64,000 nucleotides of DNA, taken from the NCBI GenBank assembly GCA_910583755.1, contig CAJTZO010000002.1:58587-122586 (forward strand), read 5' to 3'. Below are positions 19,971 to 30,412 of this stretch, one piece after another; position 1 is the stretch's first letter; each line of letters starts with the position of its first letter. The notes under the pieces were generated by a model, which was not told the DNA's origin, searched no databases, and worked only from the letters and a program-made list of their open reading frames with translations. Both the position numbers and the translations under genes were made by a program. Source of the stretch: an uncultured Clostridia bacterium. GTDB taxonomy: Bacteria; Bacillota; Clostridia; Lachnospirales; Anaerotignaceae.

Positions 19971-20141
19971 AATTTCCCCCTCCATAATTAAAAATTTTGT
20001 TTGCCTGATATTTTGTAAAAACTGGAAGCTATAGGCTTAAATTAACAAAATTTAATCAAAAAATCTTTTTTAGTATGTAAAAATTATATATCATTATTGG
20101 AAAGATTGCAATTATAACTTTTGTTATAATAGCACAAAAAT

Positions 20142-20166
20142 AAGCAGAAGTATTTTACTTCTGCTT
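20142..20166 (-). terminator. Terminator of the amidohydrolase gene
   Basis: aagcagaagta-ttt-tacttctgctt, followed by a T-rich tail on the minus strand. Confidence 0.65.
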
Positions 20167-20268
20167 AGTCTGTCAATAAAATCTTTTTTTGTAGGTTTCA
20201 CCCACACCCACAAACTTTTAAGGTTCTTTGAGGCGTTTGAGGGCTAGCCTTCAAGTTTTTTTGCCAAA
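20167..20268 (+). mobile_element. Internally deleted MITE copy
   Basis: agtctgtcaataaaatc...ggtttcacccacaccca joined to aaggttctttgaggcgtttgagggctagccttcaag; starts at the foot of a hairpin. Confidence 0.75.
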
Positions 20269-20273
20269 AAAGA

Positions 20274-21560
20274 TTATATATTTTGATAAAGTTTTTTGCC
20301 AATACGGTTGACTTCATACATTACTTTTTCAATGTCTATGGTATGAAATTGTCCATTTTCATAAAGTATTTTTCCATTAACCATTGTCATTTTGATGTCA
20401 GAAGGCAAAGTAGCATAAACGAGGGAAGAAATGACATCAATACAAGGCAACAAATTGATAGAATGATAATCAATAGCAATGATATCTGCTTGATTTCCTA
20501 AAGTTAAAGCGCCTGTATTAGGACGACTTTGAGATAAAGCGCCATGATAAGAAGCCATTTTTAAAATTTGTTTTGCTGGAAAAAGGGCAGGATTTTTATG
20601 GATTCCTTTTTGAAGCAATGCTGTTAATTTCATATCCTCTAAAAAGTTTAAATTATCGTTACTAGCAACCCCATCTGTACCAATCGAAATATTGACTCCT
20701 TTTTCAAATAAAGATGCCATATCTGCTAAACCACTGCCTAATTTTAAATTGCTAACAGGACAGTGAGAAACAAATACTTTGTTATCTGCTAATATTTGCT
20801 GGTCTTCTTCTGTCAGCCAAACACAGTGCGCAGCAGTTACATGGTTTTCAAAAAGACCTAAATCGTTAAAATAGGCTACAGGTGTTTTTCCGTGACGTGC
20901 AATACATTCCTCGGTTTCTTTTTTGGTTTCTGCAAGGTGAATATGCATATTGGCTCCAATTTCTTTTGCATATTCGCTGGCAGCTTTGGCTATAACAGGA
21001 TTGGAAGTATATTCTGCATGAAGCCCAATATCTACTTTTAATTGTCCACCGTTTGCATTGTGGTAAGCTTGAAATAAATCTTTACTTTCTTGTACCATAG
21101 GTGCTTTTTCAAAAGGGCTATCATCAAAACAAAGGATACCCATAGAAAGATTTGCATTAATCCCAGATTCTAATACAGCATTTGCACGAGATTCTCCAAA
21201 AAAATACATATCTGAAAAAGAAGTAACACCACTACGTAATAATTCTGCAATGCCTAGTAATGTACCGGAAAAAGCCCAATCTTTATTTAATCTATCTTCT
21301 AAAGGGAAAATTTTTTCAGAAAGCCAACGGTTGAGAGGTAAGTCTGCACCAACACTGCGGAGTAATGTCATAGGAATATGACTATGTGTATTGACAAAAC
21401 CGGGTAAAAGCAATTTATTAGTATAATCGTAAACAGCACCTGTATGCCGAAGTGGTTTTTTGGTGCCAATATAGGTGATTTTATCATCTGTGACTTGCAA
21501 ATATGCATTTTCTAGTATTTCTCCATTGGGACGTAAAATACTGCAATTTGAAAAAAGCAT
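20274..21560 (-). CDS. Amidohydrolase, MTA/SAH deaminase-like
   Basis: PGFVNTHSH, HAEYTS, HIHLAET, AAHCVW, HCPVSNLKLGSG, IGTDGVASND. Confidence 0.88.
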   Translation of the reverse strand: MLFSNCSILRPNGEILENAYLQVTDDKITYIGTKKPLRHTGAVYDYTNKLLLPGFVNTHSHIPMTLLRSVGADLPLNRWLSEKIFPLEDRLNKDWAFSGTLLGIAELLRSGVTSFSDMYFFGESRANAVLESGINANLSMGILCFDDSPFEKAPMVQESKDLFQAYHNANGGQLKVDIGLHAEYTSNPVIAKAASEYAKEIGANMHIHLAETKKETEECIARHGKTPVAYFNDLGLFENHVTAAHCVWLTEEDQQILADNKVFVSHCPVSNLKLGSGLADMASLFEKGVNISIGTDGVASNDNLNFLEDMKLTALLQKGIHKNPALFPAKQILKMASYHGALSQSRPNTGALTLGNQADIIAIDYHSINLLPCIDVISSLVYATLPSDIKMTMVNGKILYENGQFHTIDIEKVMYEVNRIGKKLYQNI

Positions 21561-21979
21561 GAATATCCTCCTTTGTAGTAAATTATAGTGTTCTATTCTA
21601 TTATACGGATAAGGAAAATAAAGTCAAGAAAGTTTCAATTTTATAAAATAAAAAGAAAATTTTGATAACCCAAAAGGGTGCCTTATTTCTTCATTTTTAG
21701 GTCAAAAAAAGCAAAAAGAAATTTTTTGGAAAATATAAATTTTGATACAAAAAAAAATAAACAAAATGGGTGATATAGTCAATGAAAAAGACAATTCAAG
21801 ATAAAAAACGACAATTTCGTGCAAAAATAATGAATTTTTTTTAGATTTGCTATATTATTATATTATGTAAAAAAAAATGAGAAAGGGAATGCTTTCTCAA
21901 CAGTGAATTTTGTGAAAGTACTCATTTTGTTGCATTTTTACTTTAAGTTAAAAATACGATAAAGAGAGGAAATGATTGT

Positions 21980-22759
21980 ATGCTAAATATTTCAAAGAGA
22001 ACAATACTATTAGCAGACAGTGATGTAAATTACATGAGAAAAATGAAAGAAGACTTAGAGAAAAACATTGCCGTTAAAGTGATTGGTATGGTAGACAATG
22101 GGGAGAAAGCTCTGGAAAAGCTAGAAAAAGAAAAACCAGATATGGTATTGATGGACATTCTTTTGGAGGAAAAGGATGGACTATGGCTTTTAGGGGAGTT
22201 AAATAGAAAAAGGATTAACAGTGTATGTTTTATATTATCTGCAATAGGGGCGGATAATATTGTGAGACAAGCAATGAGTTTAGGAGCATTATATTATATG
22301 GCGAAACCGGTAGAATCAGATGTGTTATCAGAAAGAATTATGCAGATTTTTGCTATCTCACAAGAAATAGAATTAGAAAAAGAAAAAACGGCACTACAAA
22401 GGCAAGAAGAACAAAAGAGAAATGAATTGGAAAATGTGATTTCTAAATTATTAAATAGCATGAGTATTACAGCAAGTATTAAAGGATACCATTTTATTCG
22501 AGAAGGGGTTGTCATGGTAGTAGAAAATAAAGGAGCAATTCTTTCTATGACAAAAGGATTATATCCTGATATTGCCAAAAAGTACAACACAACCGCAGGA
22601 AAAGTAGAGAGAGCAATGAGACATGCGATTGAAACCGCATGGAAAAGAACTGGAAAAGAAGTTTTCAGTGAGATGGCAGGCTACTGTCCTGTTGCAAAGC
22701 CAACAAACAGCCAATTTATTGCAATTATGTCAGAATACATCAGAGTACGTAACCCTTGA
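21980..22759 (+). CDS. spo0A: Spo0A-family response regulator (divergent)
   Basis: Receiver domain (MDIL...DGL, KP) plus Spo0A C-domain IKGYHFIRE...TKGLYPDIAKKYNTTAGKVERAMRHAIETAW...KPTNSQFIA; near spoIVB. Confidence 0.82.
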   Translation: MLNISKRTILLADSDVNYMRKMKEDLEKNIAVKVIGMVDNGEKALEKLEKEKPDMVLMDILLEEKDGLWLLGELNRKRINSVCFILSAIGADNIVRQAMSLGALYYMAKPVESDVLSERIMQIFAISQEIELEKEKTALQRQEEQKRNELENVISKLLNSMSITASIKGYHFIREGVVMVVENKGAILSMTKGLYPDIAKKYNTTAGKVERAMRHAIETAWKRTGKEVFSEMAGYCPVAKPTNSQFIAIMSEYIRVRNP

Positions 22760-23056
22760 GGCTCTGCCTCAAGGGGATGCTTCACCCACGGGTGAAGCAG
22801 TGAACTCTGTTAACCATATTTTTTTAGAAGTATAACGTTATAAGTCAATTTTAAGAAACCTTGAAGGTTATTGGGGTATTGCTTAAGGGATGATGATATT
22901 CCAAATTTTGTAATTCTATGGAGTATCCAATATTTTCCATATAAAACAAATACTTTTTATAAAAATTCTCGTTTCTTTCTGAAAAGAAAGAAACGAGAAT
23001 TTGAGAGGTGCAGAATGAAAATGTAGACAGAGCTCTCAAGGTTTTTTGACAAACTG
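22754..23056 (+). repeat. Older or divergent relative of the MITE family
   Basis: Hairpins ccttgaggc-tct-gcctcaagg, tgcttcaccc-ac-gggtgaagca and attctcgtttctttc...gaaagaaacgagaat; ends in the family right end ctcaaggttttttgacaaactg. Confidence 0.6.
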
Positions 23057-23083
23057 TAACTTGGAAGATATTTTCTTCCAAGT

Positions 23084-23300
23084 CAGTCTGTTAATAAAGT
23101 CTTTTTTGTGGGTTTCACCCACACCCACAAACTTTTTTAAAAAAAGTTGGACAAAAAACTTTTATGGAAAAACTAGCGTTTTTCCTTATAAAATTAATAT
23201 TTTTAGCGAAACGTTAGTTTCGCATTAAGATTCTTTGATTCTTTCTTTTAAGAAAGAATTAGGAGTTTGAGGGCTAGCCCTCAAGGTTTTTGACAAGCTG
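23084..23300 (+). mobile_element. MITE copy with perfect 25-bp target duplication
   Basis: cagtctgttaataaagtc ... ctcaaggtttttgacaagctg; acttggaagatattttcttccaagt at 23059-23083 and 23301-23325. Confidence 0.9.
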
Positions 23301-23326
23301 ACTTGGAAGATATTTTCTTCCAAGTT

Positions 23327-25087
23327 TTATTTTGTTTCTAATGCTTTTATCATACTTTCCTGAGGTGTGATATAAATAGTTTTGTTTTTTTCGTAGATTA
23401 CCATGCCCGGTTTTGCACCATTTGGTTTTTTGACATATTTTCTAAGCGTATAATCTACTGGTACCTGAGAACCATTTTGACTTTTGCTGAAGTAAGCAGA
23501 AAGATTTGCAGCTTCTAATAGGGTATTATCTGGTACAGGTGTACCATTTGTTTTGATAATCACATGAGAACCGGGGATTTCTTTGGTATGTAACCAAATG
23601 TCGTTGCTTTCTGCAAAGCGTAAGGTCAAGGTATCATTTTGTAAATTACTTTTTCCGACATAAATATCAAACCCATCAGAAGAAAGATAATGTAATGGTT
23701 TTGCTTTTTTTTGCACTCGATTCTTTTTTGCCGTTTTTCGCTTCATATATCCTTGCTCTGCTAATTCCATGCGAATTTCGTCAAGGTCTGCTTCTTCTTT
23801 TGCCGCATCTAAGGAGTTAAGAATACTTTCTAAGTAAGCAAGTTCCTCCTCATTTTGCTTTTTTTGAATTTCAAGAGCAGCTAATGTTCTTTTTGCTTTG
23901 TTATATTTGCTAAAATATTTTTGTGCATTTTCTGCTGGTGTTTTGGTAGGGTCAATGGCAATTTCGATTTCTTTTAATTCTGTATCATAAAAATTCACAG
24001 TTCGAAAGGTAGTAATTCCTTTTGGAATAGCATAAATATTTGCTGTCAAAAGTTCCCCCTTTATTTTCCAGCTATCTTTTGCAGCAACATCTTTTTCTGT
24101 CTTTTTTTGAATCTCTTTCTTTTTGGCACAACGTTCGATGTTAGAAACTAATATACGACGCATATCATGCGATTTTTGGCGTACATGGTAAATATTATCT
24201 TTTTCTGCATAAAATTGCTCTAAAAGGGAAGATATGCTATGATAGTCCTCTTTTGGAAATGCTGCAAACTGTTTCATATCCAATACGCTAAAATCTAATA
24301 ATTTATTTTTATCTGCTTCGTAATAAATGGAATAATGAAATTGCTGTTGTTTGATTTGTTCTAAAACATCACAAAAAACAGTAAAAATAGTTTGTTTTTC
24401 TTGTTCTGTTAATTGTTCACAAAAATAAGAAGATGTGATTCCTGCCCGAAAACAAATTTCACTGGCAAAAATAGGGCTGATACCAGTATAATTTTTATAG
24501 AGCACTTCCTGTACTTTTGCACCAGATTGTTTTTGAAGTTGCTCAAAAAGATGTTCTTTTGTTAGAAAAAGAGGATTTGTTTTATTTTGGGAAGGGGGTG
24601 TAGCATATTCTTTTCCCGGAAGTACCTCACGGACAGAACTTTTATCATGGGAAATTCGTTTGATAGCATCTAATATTTTGTTATTTTCGTCTGTCACAAT
24701 AAAATTGCTGTGTTTTCCCATCATTTCTAGGATTAATTTTTTTGCCGTTATATCACCTAGTTCATTCATAGATTCTACTTCTAAAATAATGATTCGTTCA
24801 AAGTCAGGCTGATATATTTTTGTGATTTTTCCGCCAGCAATATATTTGCGCATTACCATACAAAACATAGGTGGTGTCATGGGATTTTCTTTTTGTATTT
24901 GTGTAATATGCATACGTGGGTGGCTGGAGTTTGCAGAAACAAGTATTTTGTAGTTTTCTCCTGTGCTTCTGACTGTAAATATAATTTCATCTGATAAAGG
25001 CTGATAAATTTTGTCAATTCTTCCGCCGATTAACTTTTGATGAAGTTCTGCTGTTATACTTGAAATGGTAATGCCGTCAAGCGCCAT
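23327..25087 (-). CDS. rqcH: RqcH/FbpA (NFACT) ribosome quality control protein
   Basis: MALDG, GRIDKIYQP, LEMMGKHSN, VGKSNLQND, WLHTKEIPGSHV, KKPNGAKPGMVIY. Confidence 0.95.
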   Translation of the reverse strand: MALDGITISSITAELHQKLIGGRIDKIYQPLSDEIIFTVRSTGENYKILVSANSSHPRMHITQIQKENPMTPPMFCMVMRKYIAGGKITKIYQPDFERIIILEVESMNELGDITAKKLILEMMGKHSNFIVTDENNKILDAIKRISHDKSSVREVLPGKEYATPPSQNKTNPLFLTKEHLFEQLQKQSGAKVQEVLYKNYTGISPIFASEICFRAGITSSYFCEQLTEQEKQTIFTVFCDVLEQIKQQQFHYSIYYEADKNKLLDFSVLDMKQFAAFPKEDYHSISSLLEQFYAEKDNIYHVRQKSHDMRRILVSNIERCAKKKEIQKKTEKDVAAKDSWKIKGELLTANIYAIPKGITTFRTVNFYDTELKEIEIAIDPTKTPAENAQKYFSKYNKAKRTLAALEIQKKQNEEELAYLESILNSLDAAKEEADLDEIRMELAEQGYMKRKTAKKNRVQKKAKPLHYLSSDGFDIYVGKSNLQNDTLTLRFAESNDIWLHTKEIPGSHVIIKTNGTPVPDNTLLEAANLSAYFSKSQNGSQVPVDYTLRKYVKKPNGAKPGMVIYEKNKTIYITPQESMIKALETK

Positions 25088-25264
25088 AATATCTCTCCTT
25101 TTTGTTTAAAAGTAAAAGCCTAAAATCTTGAAACTTGTTTAAAAGTTGGTAAATTTGGGCAAAGTACAAGGTTTTGTTCTTCTTGGCTTCTAAAGTCTTA
25201 AAACTAGTATAGCATAAAAGATATTTTTTTATCAAATTTATCTTTTTTGGATAAACATTAATTT

Positions 25265-25426
25265 CGTCTGTCAAGAAAGTCTTTTTTTGTAGGTTTCACT
25301 CACACCCACCAACTTTTTTAAAAAAAAGTTGGACAAAAAACTTTATTGGAAAAACTTACATTTTCTTTATTAAATCAATCTTTTTAGCGAAATGCTAGTT
25401 TCGCATTAAGGTTCTTTGACAAGCTG
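25265..25426 (+). mobile_element. MITE copy lacking the last two hairpins
   Basis: cgtctgtcaagaaagtc ... aaggttctttgacaagctg; aattt on both flanks. Confidence 0.8.
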
Positions 25427-25615
25427 AATTTTTTCTTATTTTTGATGTGATTACCCACAAATCAAATTTTTCACTTGATAAAAAGCACTATGATATTATA
25501 TAATAGGAAAGATTCCAAAAAAAGAATGAAAGTAAAAACGGACAACATACGACAATCAGCCATACAGAAAAGAAAGTCTGTTTTTGCAAGTGTTTGATAG
25601 AAAAGAGGTTCGAGT

Positions 25616-26494
25616 ATGGTAAGAAGTATGACAGGTTATGGTAGGGGAGAAAATACAGCAAATGATTGCCATTTTGTGGTAGAAATAAAAGCTGTAAATC
25701 ATAGATATAATGACATTACAATAAAATTACCACGTTTTATGAATGGTATGGAAGATGTCATTCGAAAAAGAATAATGAAAGAAATTGCAAGAGGAAAAAC
25801 AGATGTTTATATTACATTTGAAACATTTTCTGTTGATAATGTAATTGTAAAAGTAAATGAACCGTTAGCAATGGCTTATATAGAAAAGCTAAATGAATTG
25901 GAGCAAAAGTTTCATGTTTCTTCTAACAATAAATTAGATTTAGTGGCACGTTTTGCAGATGTCATTACAGTGGAAAGAGCAGAAAGTGAAGAAGATGCCT
26001 TGTGGTCAGCCCTTTTACCAGCATTAGAAGAAGCTCTTTTAAAATTTGTGGAAATGCGCGAAAAAGAAGGAAACAATCTTGTAAAAGATATTTTGAAAAA
26101 AACAGATAATATTCAACAAATGTTAGAGGAGATAACGCAAAGATGTCCTACAGTGGTCAGCGATTATAAAGAAAAATTACAGAATAGAATTAGAGAATTA
26201 TTAACTACAGTGGAAATAGATGAACAGCGGATTGCAATGGAAACAGCTTTGTTTGCTGATAGAAGTTGTATTGATGAAGAAGTGACAAGATTAGAAAGTC
26301 ATATCATACAATTAAAGGAGATATTGCAAAAAGGAGGGCAAATTGGTAGAAAGTTAGATTTTTTGGTGCAAGAAATGAATCGTGAAGTAAATACGATTGC
26401 TTCTAAAGCAAATGATGTTGAAATTACCTGCACGACGATAGAAATGAAAAGTGAAATTGAAAAAATAAGAGAACAAATACAAAATATAGAATAA
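25616..26494 (+). CDS. yloC: YicC/YloC-family endoribonuclease
   Basis: [49 protein letters not shown]. Confidence 0.95.
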   Translation: MVRSMTGYGRGENTANDCHFVVEIKAVNHRYNDITIKLPRFMNGMEDVIRKRIMKEIARGKTDVYITFETFSVDNVIVKVNEPLAMAYIEKLNELEQKFHVSSNNKLDLVARFADVITVERAESEEDALWSALLPALEEALLKFVEMREKEGNNLVKDILKKTDNIQQMLEEITQRCPTVVSDYKEKLQNRIRELLTTVEIDEQRIAMETALFADRSCIDEEVTRLESHIIQLKEILQKGGQIGRKLDFLVQEMNREVNTIASKANDVEITCTTIEMKSEIEKIREQIQNIE

Positions 26495-26754
26495 TGGAGA
26501 ATGTTATGGATGGAATACAATTTTTAAATATAGGGTATGGTAATATGGTTTCTGCAAACCGTATTATTGCAATATTAAGTCCAGACTCCGCACCAATTAA
26601 AAGAATTGTGCAGGAAACAAAAGAAAAAGGAATTTTGATTGATGCCACTTATGGCAGAAAAACAAGAAGTGTGATTATGATGGATACAGGACAGGTGGTA
26701 CTTTCTCCAAATGTACCTGTGACAATCGGAGGAAGATTGGACGCTGTAAAATAG
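26494..26754 (+). CDS. remA: RemA/DUF370 regulator
   Basis: [41 protein letters not shown]. Confidence 0.92.
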   Translation: MENVMDGIQFLNIGYGNMVSANRIIAILSPDSAPIKRIVQETKEKGILIDATYGRKTRSVIMMDTGQVVLSPNVPVTIGGRLDAVK

Positions 26755-26769
26755 AGAAAGGAAAAAGAA

Positions 26770-27384
26770 ATGAAAAGAGAAGGAATGTTAGTCATTATTT
26801 CTGGGCCTTCTGGTTCAGGAAAAGGAACGGTTGTAAAAGAGTTAATCAAACAAGATTGTTTTGCCCTGTCTGTTTCTGCAACAACACGTTCTCCAAGACC
26901 TGGAGAAATGGATGGAATACATTATTATTTTTATGATAAAGAAACGTTTGAAAAAATGAAACAGCAAGAGGAATTATTAGAATGGGCAGAATTTTGTGGA
27001 AACTATTATGGTACACCCAAAAAATATGTACTCAAACAAATGGCAGAACAAAAAAATGTTATCCTAGAGATTGAAGTACAAGGCGCTTTACAGATTAAAA
27101 AAATATATCCAGATTGTATTTTAATTTTTATGATACCACCTGATGCAAAGGAATTGCGAAAAAGATTGACAGAAAGAGGCACAGAGGATGAACAAACCAT
27201 TGACCGCCGTATGAATAGAGCAATCGAAGAAATGGAATTTATTCCACAGTATGATTATATTGTAATAAATGATACAGTAAAAAAAGCAGCAGAAGCAATT
27301 TACAGTATTGTTACAGCAGAAAGTATGAAAAGCAGCAGAAATTTGAATTTGAAACAACAATTTAAAGGAGAGATTTTATGTTAA
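26770..27384 (+). CDS. gmk: Guanylate kinase
   Basis: SGPSGSGKGT, SATTRSPRPGE, NYYGT, LEIEVQGA. Confidence 0.97.
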   Translation: MKREGMLVIISGPSGSGKGTVVKELIKQDCFALSVSATTRSPRPGEMDGIHYYFYDKETFEKMKQQEELLEWAEFCGNYYGTPKKYVLKQMAEQKNVILEIEVQGALQIKKIYPDCILIFMIPPDAKELRKRLTERGTEDEQTIDRRMNRAIEEMEFIPQYDYIVINDTVKKAAEAIYSIVTAESMKSSRNLNLKQQFKGEILC

Positions 27385-27647
27385 GACCATCTTATACAGA
27401 TTTATTAGAAGTGTTAAATAAAGATGCAGACTCAGAAAATGTGGTAGGTAGCCGTTATACTATTGTGATTGCGGCAGCAAAAAGAGCAAGACAATTAGTA
27501 GACCATGCAAAGCCTGTTACAGATAAAATTAAAGTGGACCGTTCTGTTTCGATTGCGGTGCACGAATTGGCAGAAGGAAAAATAAAAATTATACAAAATG
27601 ACCCTTCTAAAAAAGAGGTAGAAGACTGGGAAACGATAGAAGAATAA
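27378..27647 (+). CDS. rpoZ: RNA polymerase omega subunit
   Basis: MLRPSY, SRYTIVIAAAKRARQL. Confidence 0.93.
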   Translation: MLRPSYTDLLEVLNKDADSENVVGSRYTIVIAAAKRARQLVDHAKPVTDKIKVDRSVSIAVHELAEGKIKIIQNDPSKKEVEDWETIEE

Positions 27648-27659
27648 TTAGTTTTTTTG

Positions 27660-27696
27660 AAAGGGAAACTGGTAGAAATTAGTTTCCCTTTCTCTG
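27660..27696 (+). terminator. Intrinsic terminator after rpoZ
   Basis: aaagggaaact ... agtttccctttctct. Confidence 0.6.
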
Positions 27697-27755
27697 TTTG
27701 ATAAAGAAGAAAATAAAGGCATAAAACGACCCCACAGAAAGGAGGACGATTTTTC

Positions 27756-30194
27756 ATGTATGCAAAAGTTATCTTAAGTCTAAAAAATAAAGAAGTAGAT
27801 AAGGTATTTGATTATTTTGTACCACAGGAATATTGCCCGCTTTCTATAGGAGTTCGTGTTATTGTTCCTTTTGGGAGAGCGAACAAAAGTACAGAAGGAT
27901 ATGTTGTTGCGATAGCAGAACAAACGGAAGTAAAAAAAGTAAAAAATATTATTAAAGTGTTGGATGAGGGAAAACCTGTTTTTACCAAACAAAATATTAT
28001 GCTTGCACAATGGATGAAAACAAAATATTTTTGTACATTAAGTCAATGCCTTCAAATAATGATGCCCGCAGGAATTAAAACAAAGTTTCAATGGCAAGTT
28101 TTTATCAAAAAAGAAACTCAAGATGATATCTTTATTTCTTCTGTAGAAAATAAAGTCCTTGATTTTTTAAAGGAAAAGCAAGGAACTGCAACCATAGAAG
28201 AAATAAAAGAAGAATTGGGAGAAAATGCACAAGATGCAATACAATCTTTAAAAGAAAAAGAAATGATTCTTTTAAAACAAAATATAAAACAAAAAAATTA
28301 TGAAAAAGAAATCCTATTATATGCATTGAGTGAAGATACTGCTGTTGTAAATGAAGTATGGGAAAGTGTAAAAAAAAGGGGCAATATGTTAGCACAAAAA
28401 AAAGTAATGGAATATTTATTAGATGGAAAACAGGTGACAGCAAGTGAATTAAAACAAAAATTACTTTTAACGGATTCTCCCATCAAGACATTATTAAAAA
28501 AAGGTGCTTTGAAGCAAATCAAAAAAATAGAAAAAAGACAAGTTATTCAAAAAATGGTATTGCATACAGAGCCATTTTTACCAACAGAAGAACAAAAAAA
28601 GGTCTTAGATGAATTGAGTCATTTGCTAGAAAAAAAAGAAAAAAAACCAGTGTTATTACATGGCATTACAGGTAGTGGAAAAACAGAAATTTATATGCAG
28701 GTGATAGAAAAGGTATTACAAAAAGGACAACAAGCGATTGTATTAGTGCCAGAAATCTCGTTGACCCCTCAAATGGTAGAACGGTTTTTATCTCGTTTTG
28801 GAGAAAAGGTTTCTGTAACGCATAGTAGACTAAATTATGGAGAAAGATACGACCAGTGGAAAAAGGCAAAAGAAAAAGAAATTTCGATTATGATTGGTCC
28901 CCGTTCTGCTTTGTTTATGCCTTTTGAAAATTTAGGTGTGATTATTATAGATGAAGAACAAGAAGGAAGTTATCATTCTGATACCACACCAAAGTATGAT
29001 GCAAGAGAAGTAGCACAACAAATAAGTCATATGACAAATTGTTTGCTTTTGTTGGGAAGTGCTACCCCAGATTTAGTGACCTATCATAAGGCAATGACAG
29101 GACAATATCACCTTTTGACCTTACAAAAAAGAACAAAAGGAAGTCATTTACCACATGTTTCTATTATTGATATGCGTAGAGAATTAGAGGAAGGAAATCG
29201 TTCTGTGTTTAGCCGGCAGCTTTTAGAAGCAATGCAGCAAAATATAGAGCAAAAAAGACAGACCATTTTATTTTTGAATCGGAGAGGTTATGCCACCTTT
29301 GTATCTTGTAGACAATGTGGTTTTGTTGTAAAATGTGACCAGTGTGATGTTGCCTATACTTATCATGATGCAGAGCAGGAACTTGTATGCCATTATTGTG
29401 GAAAAAGGATAAAAAATCCTGTTGTTTGTCCAGTGTGTGGTTCAAAATATATTAAATATTTTGGTACAGGAACACAAAAAATAGAACAAGAAGTAAAAAA
29501 GATATTTCCACAGGCAAATGTGTTACGTATGGATTTAGATACCACAACTTCTAAAAACAGCCATCAAAAAATTTTAGAACAGTTTGGAAAAGGAAAAGCA
29601 GATATTCTAATTGGTACACAAATGATTGCAAAAGGACATGATTTTCCAAATGTCACAGTAGTTGGTATTTTAGCAGCAGATTTATCCCTTCATATGGCAA
29701 GCTACAGAGCAAGTGAAATTAGTTTTCAATTAATGACGCAGGTAGCAGGTAGGGCAGGACGGGACGAGTTACCGGGTGAGGTGTTTATACAAACGTATTC
29801 GCCAGAACATTATAGCATTATGATGGCTGCAAAACAAGATTATAAAGCATTTTATGAACAAGAAATGCAGATTCGCCAACTGATGCAGTATCCACCTTTT
29901 GCTCATATTTTTACCATTGTGTTTTCTGGAAAAAATGAAAAAGAAGTGATAGAAAGCGCTAGGTATTTAGCAAATATTATGTTATATTATAATCGTAAAA
30001 AACAATTTGAAATTTTGGGACCTACTCCAGCGGCACTTTCTAAGCTTCGTCAGGAATATCGTTGGCGTATTTTGGTAAAATGTCAGGAGGAAGAACGATT
30101 ACAAAAGTTTGTACTATATTGTTGTGAAAAATGGTATGAAAAAAAATGGAATGTTTTGTTAAATTTGACAATGAATCCAGTTAATGTTGTATAA
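27756..30194 (+). CDS. priA: Primosomal protein N'
   Basis: LHGITGSGKTE, LVPEISLTPQ, LNRRGY, four CxxC pairs, QVAGRAGR. Confidence 0.97.
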   Translation: MYAKVILSLKNKEVDKVFDYFVPQEYCPLSIGVRVIVPFGRANKSTEGYVVAIAEQTEVKKVKNIIKVLDEGKPVFTKQNIMLAQWMKTKYFCTLSQCLQIMMPAGIKTKFQWQVFIKKETQDDIFISSVENKVLDFLKEKQGTATIEEIKEELGENAQDAIQSLKEKEMILLKQNIKQKNYEKEILLYALSEDTAVVNEVWESVKKRGNMLAQKKVMEYLLDGKQVTASELKQKLLLTDSPIKTLLKKGALKQIKKIEKRQVIQKMVLHTEPFLPTEEQKKVLDELSHLLEKKEKKPVLLHGITGSGKTEIYMQVIEKVLQKGQQAIVLVPEISLTPQMVERFLSRFGEKVSVTHSRLNYGERYDQWKKAKEKEISIMIGPRSALFMPFENLGVIIIDEEQEGSYHSDTTPKYDAREVAQQISHMTNCLLLLGSATPDLVTYHKAMTGQYHLLTLQKRTKGSHLPHVSIIDMRRELEEGNRSVFSRQLLEAMQQNIEQKRQTILFLNRRGYATFVSCRQCGFVVKCDQCDVAYTYHDAEQELVCHYCGKRIKNPVVCPVCGSKYIKYFGTGTQKIEQEVKKIFPQANVLRMDLDTTTSKNSHQKILEQFGKGKADILIGTQMIAKGHDFPNVTVVGILAADLSLHMASYRASEISFQLMTQVAGRAGRDELPGEVFIQTYSPEHYSIMMAAKQDYKAFYEQEMQIRQLMQYPPFAHIFTIVFSGKNEKEVIESARYLANIMLYYNRKKQFEILGPTPAALSKLRQEYRWRILVKCQEEERLQKFVLYCCEKWYEKKWNVLLNLTMNPVNVV

Positions 30195-30207
30195 TAGAGC
30201 AAGAAAC

Positions 30208-30412
30208 CAGTCTGTCAATAAAGTCTTTTTTTGTGGGTTTCACCCACACCCACCAACTTTTTTAAAAAAAATTTGGACAAAAAATTTTCATGGAAAAATG
30301 GAAAAACTAGTGTTTTTCCTTATAAAATCAATTTTTTTAGCGAAACACTAGTTTCGTATTAAAGTTTTTTGAGGAGTTTGTGGGCTAGCCCTCAAGATTT
30401 TTTGACAAGCTG
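30208..30412 (+). mobile_element. MITE copy between priA and def
   Basis: cagtctgtcaataaagtc ... ctcaagattttttgacaagctg; internal tggaaaaa duplication. Confidence 0.88.

Noticed and set aside
19986..20060. c-di-GMP-I riboswitch-like words (ggcaaac, aagctatagg) upstream of the MCP
   Set aside because: The two words lie on opposite strands and do not form the required order or GAAA-loop stem.
21795..21910. 0A boxes and a sigmaH promoter upstream of spo0A
   Set aside because: Only partial matches (aacgaca; aaggga...gaat), too weak to call in AT-rich DNA.
23059..23325. 25-bp palindromic direct repeats that resemble CRISPR repeats
   Set aside because: Only two copies, separated by a 217-bp MITE, with no cas genes; explained as a target duplication.
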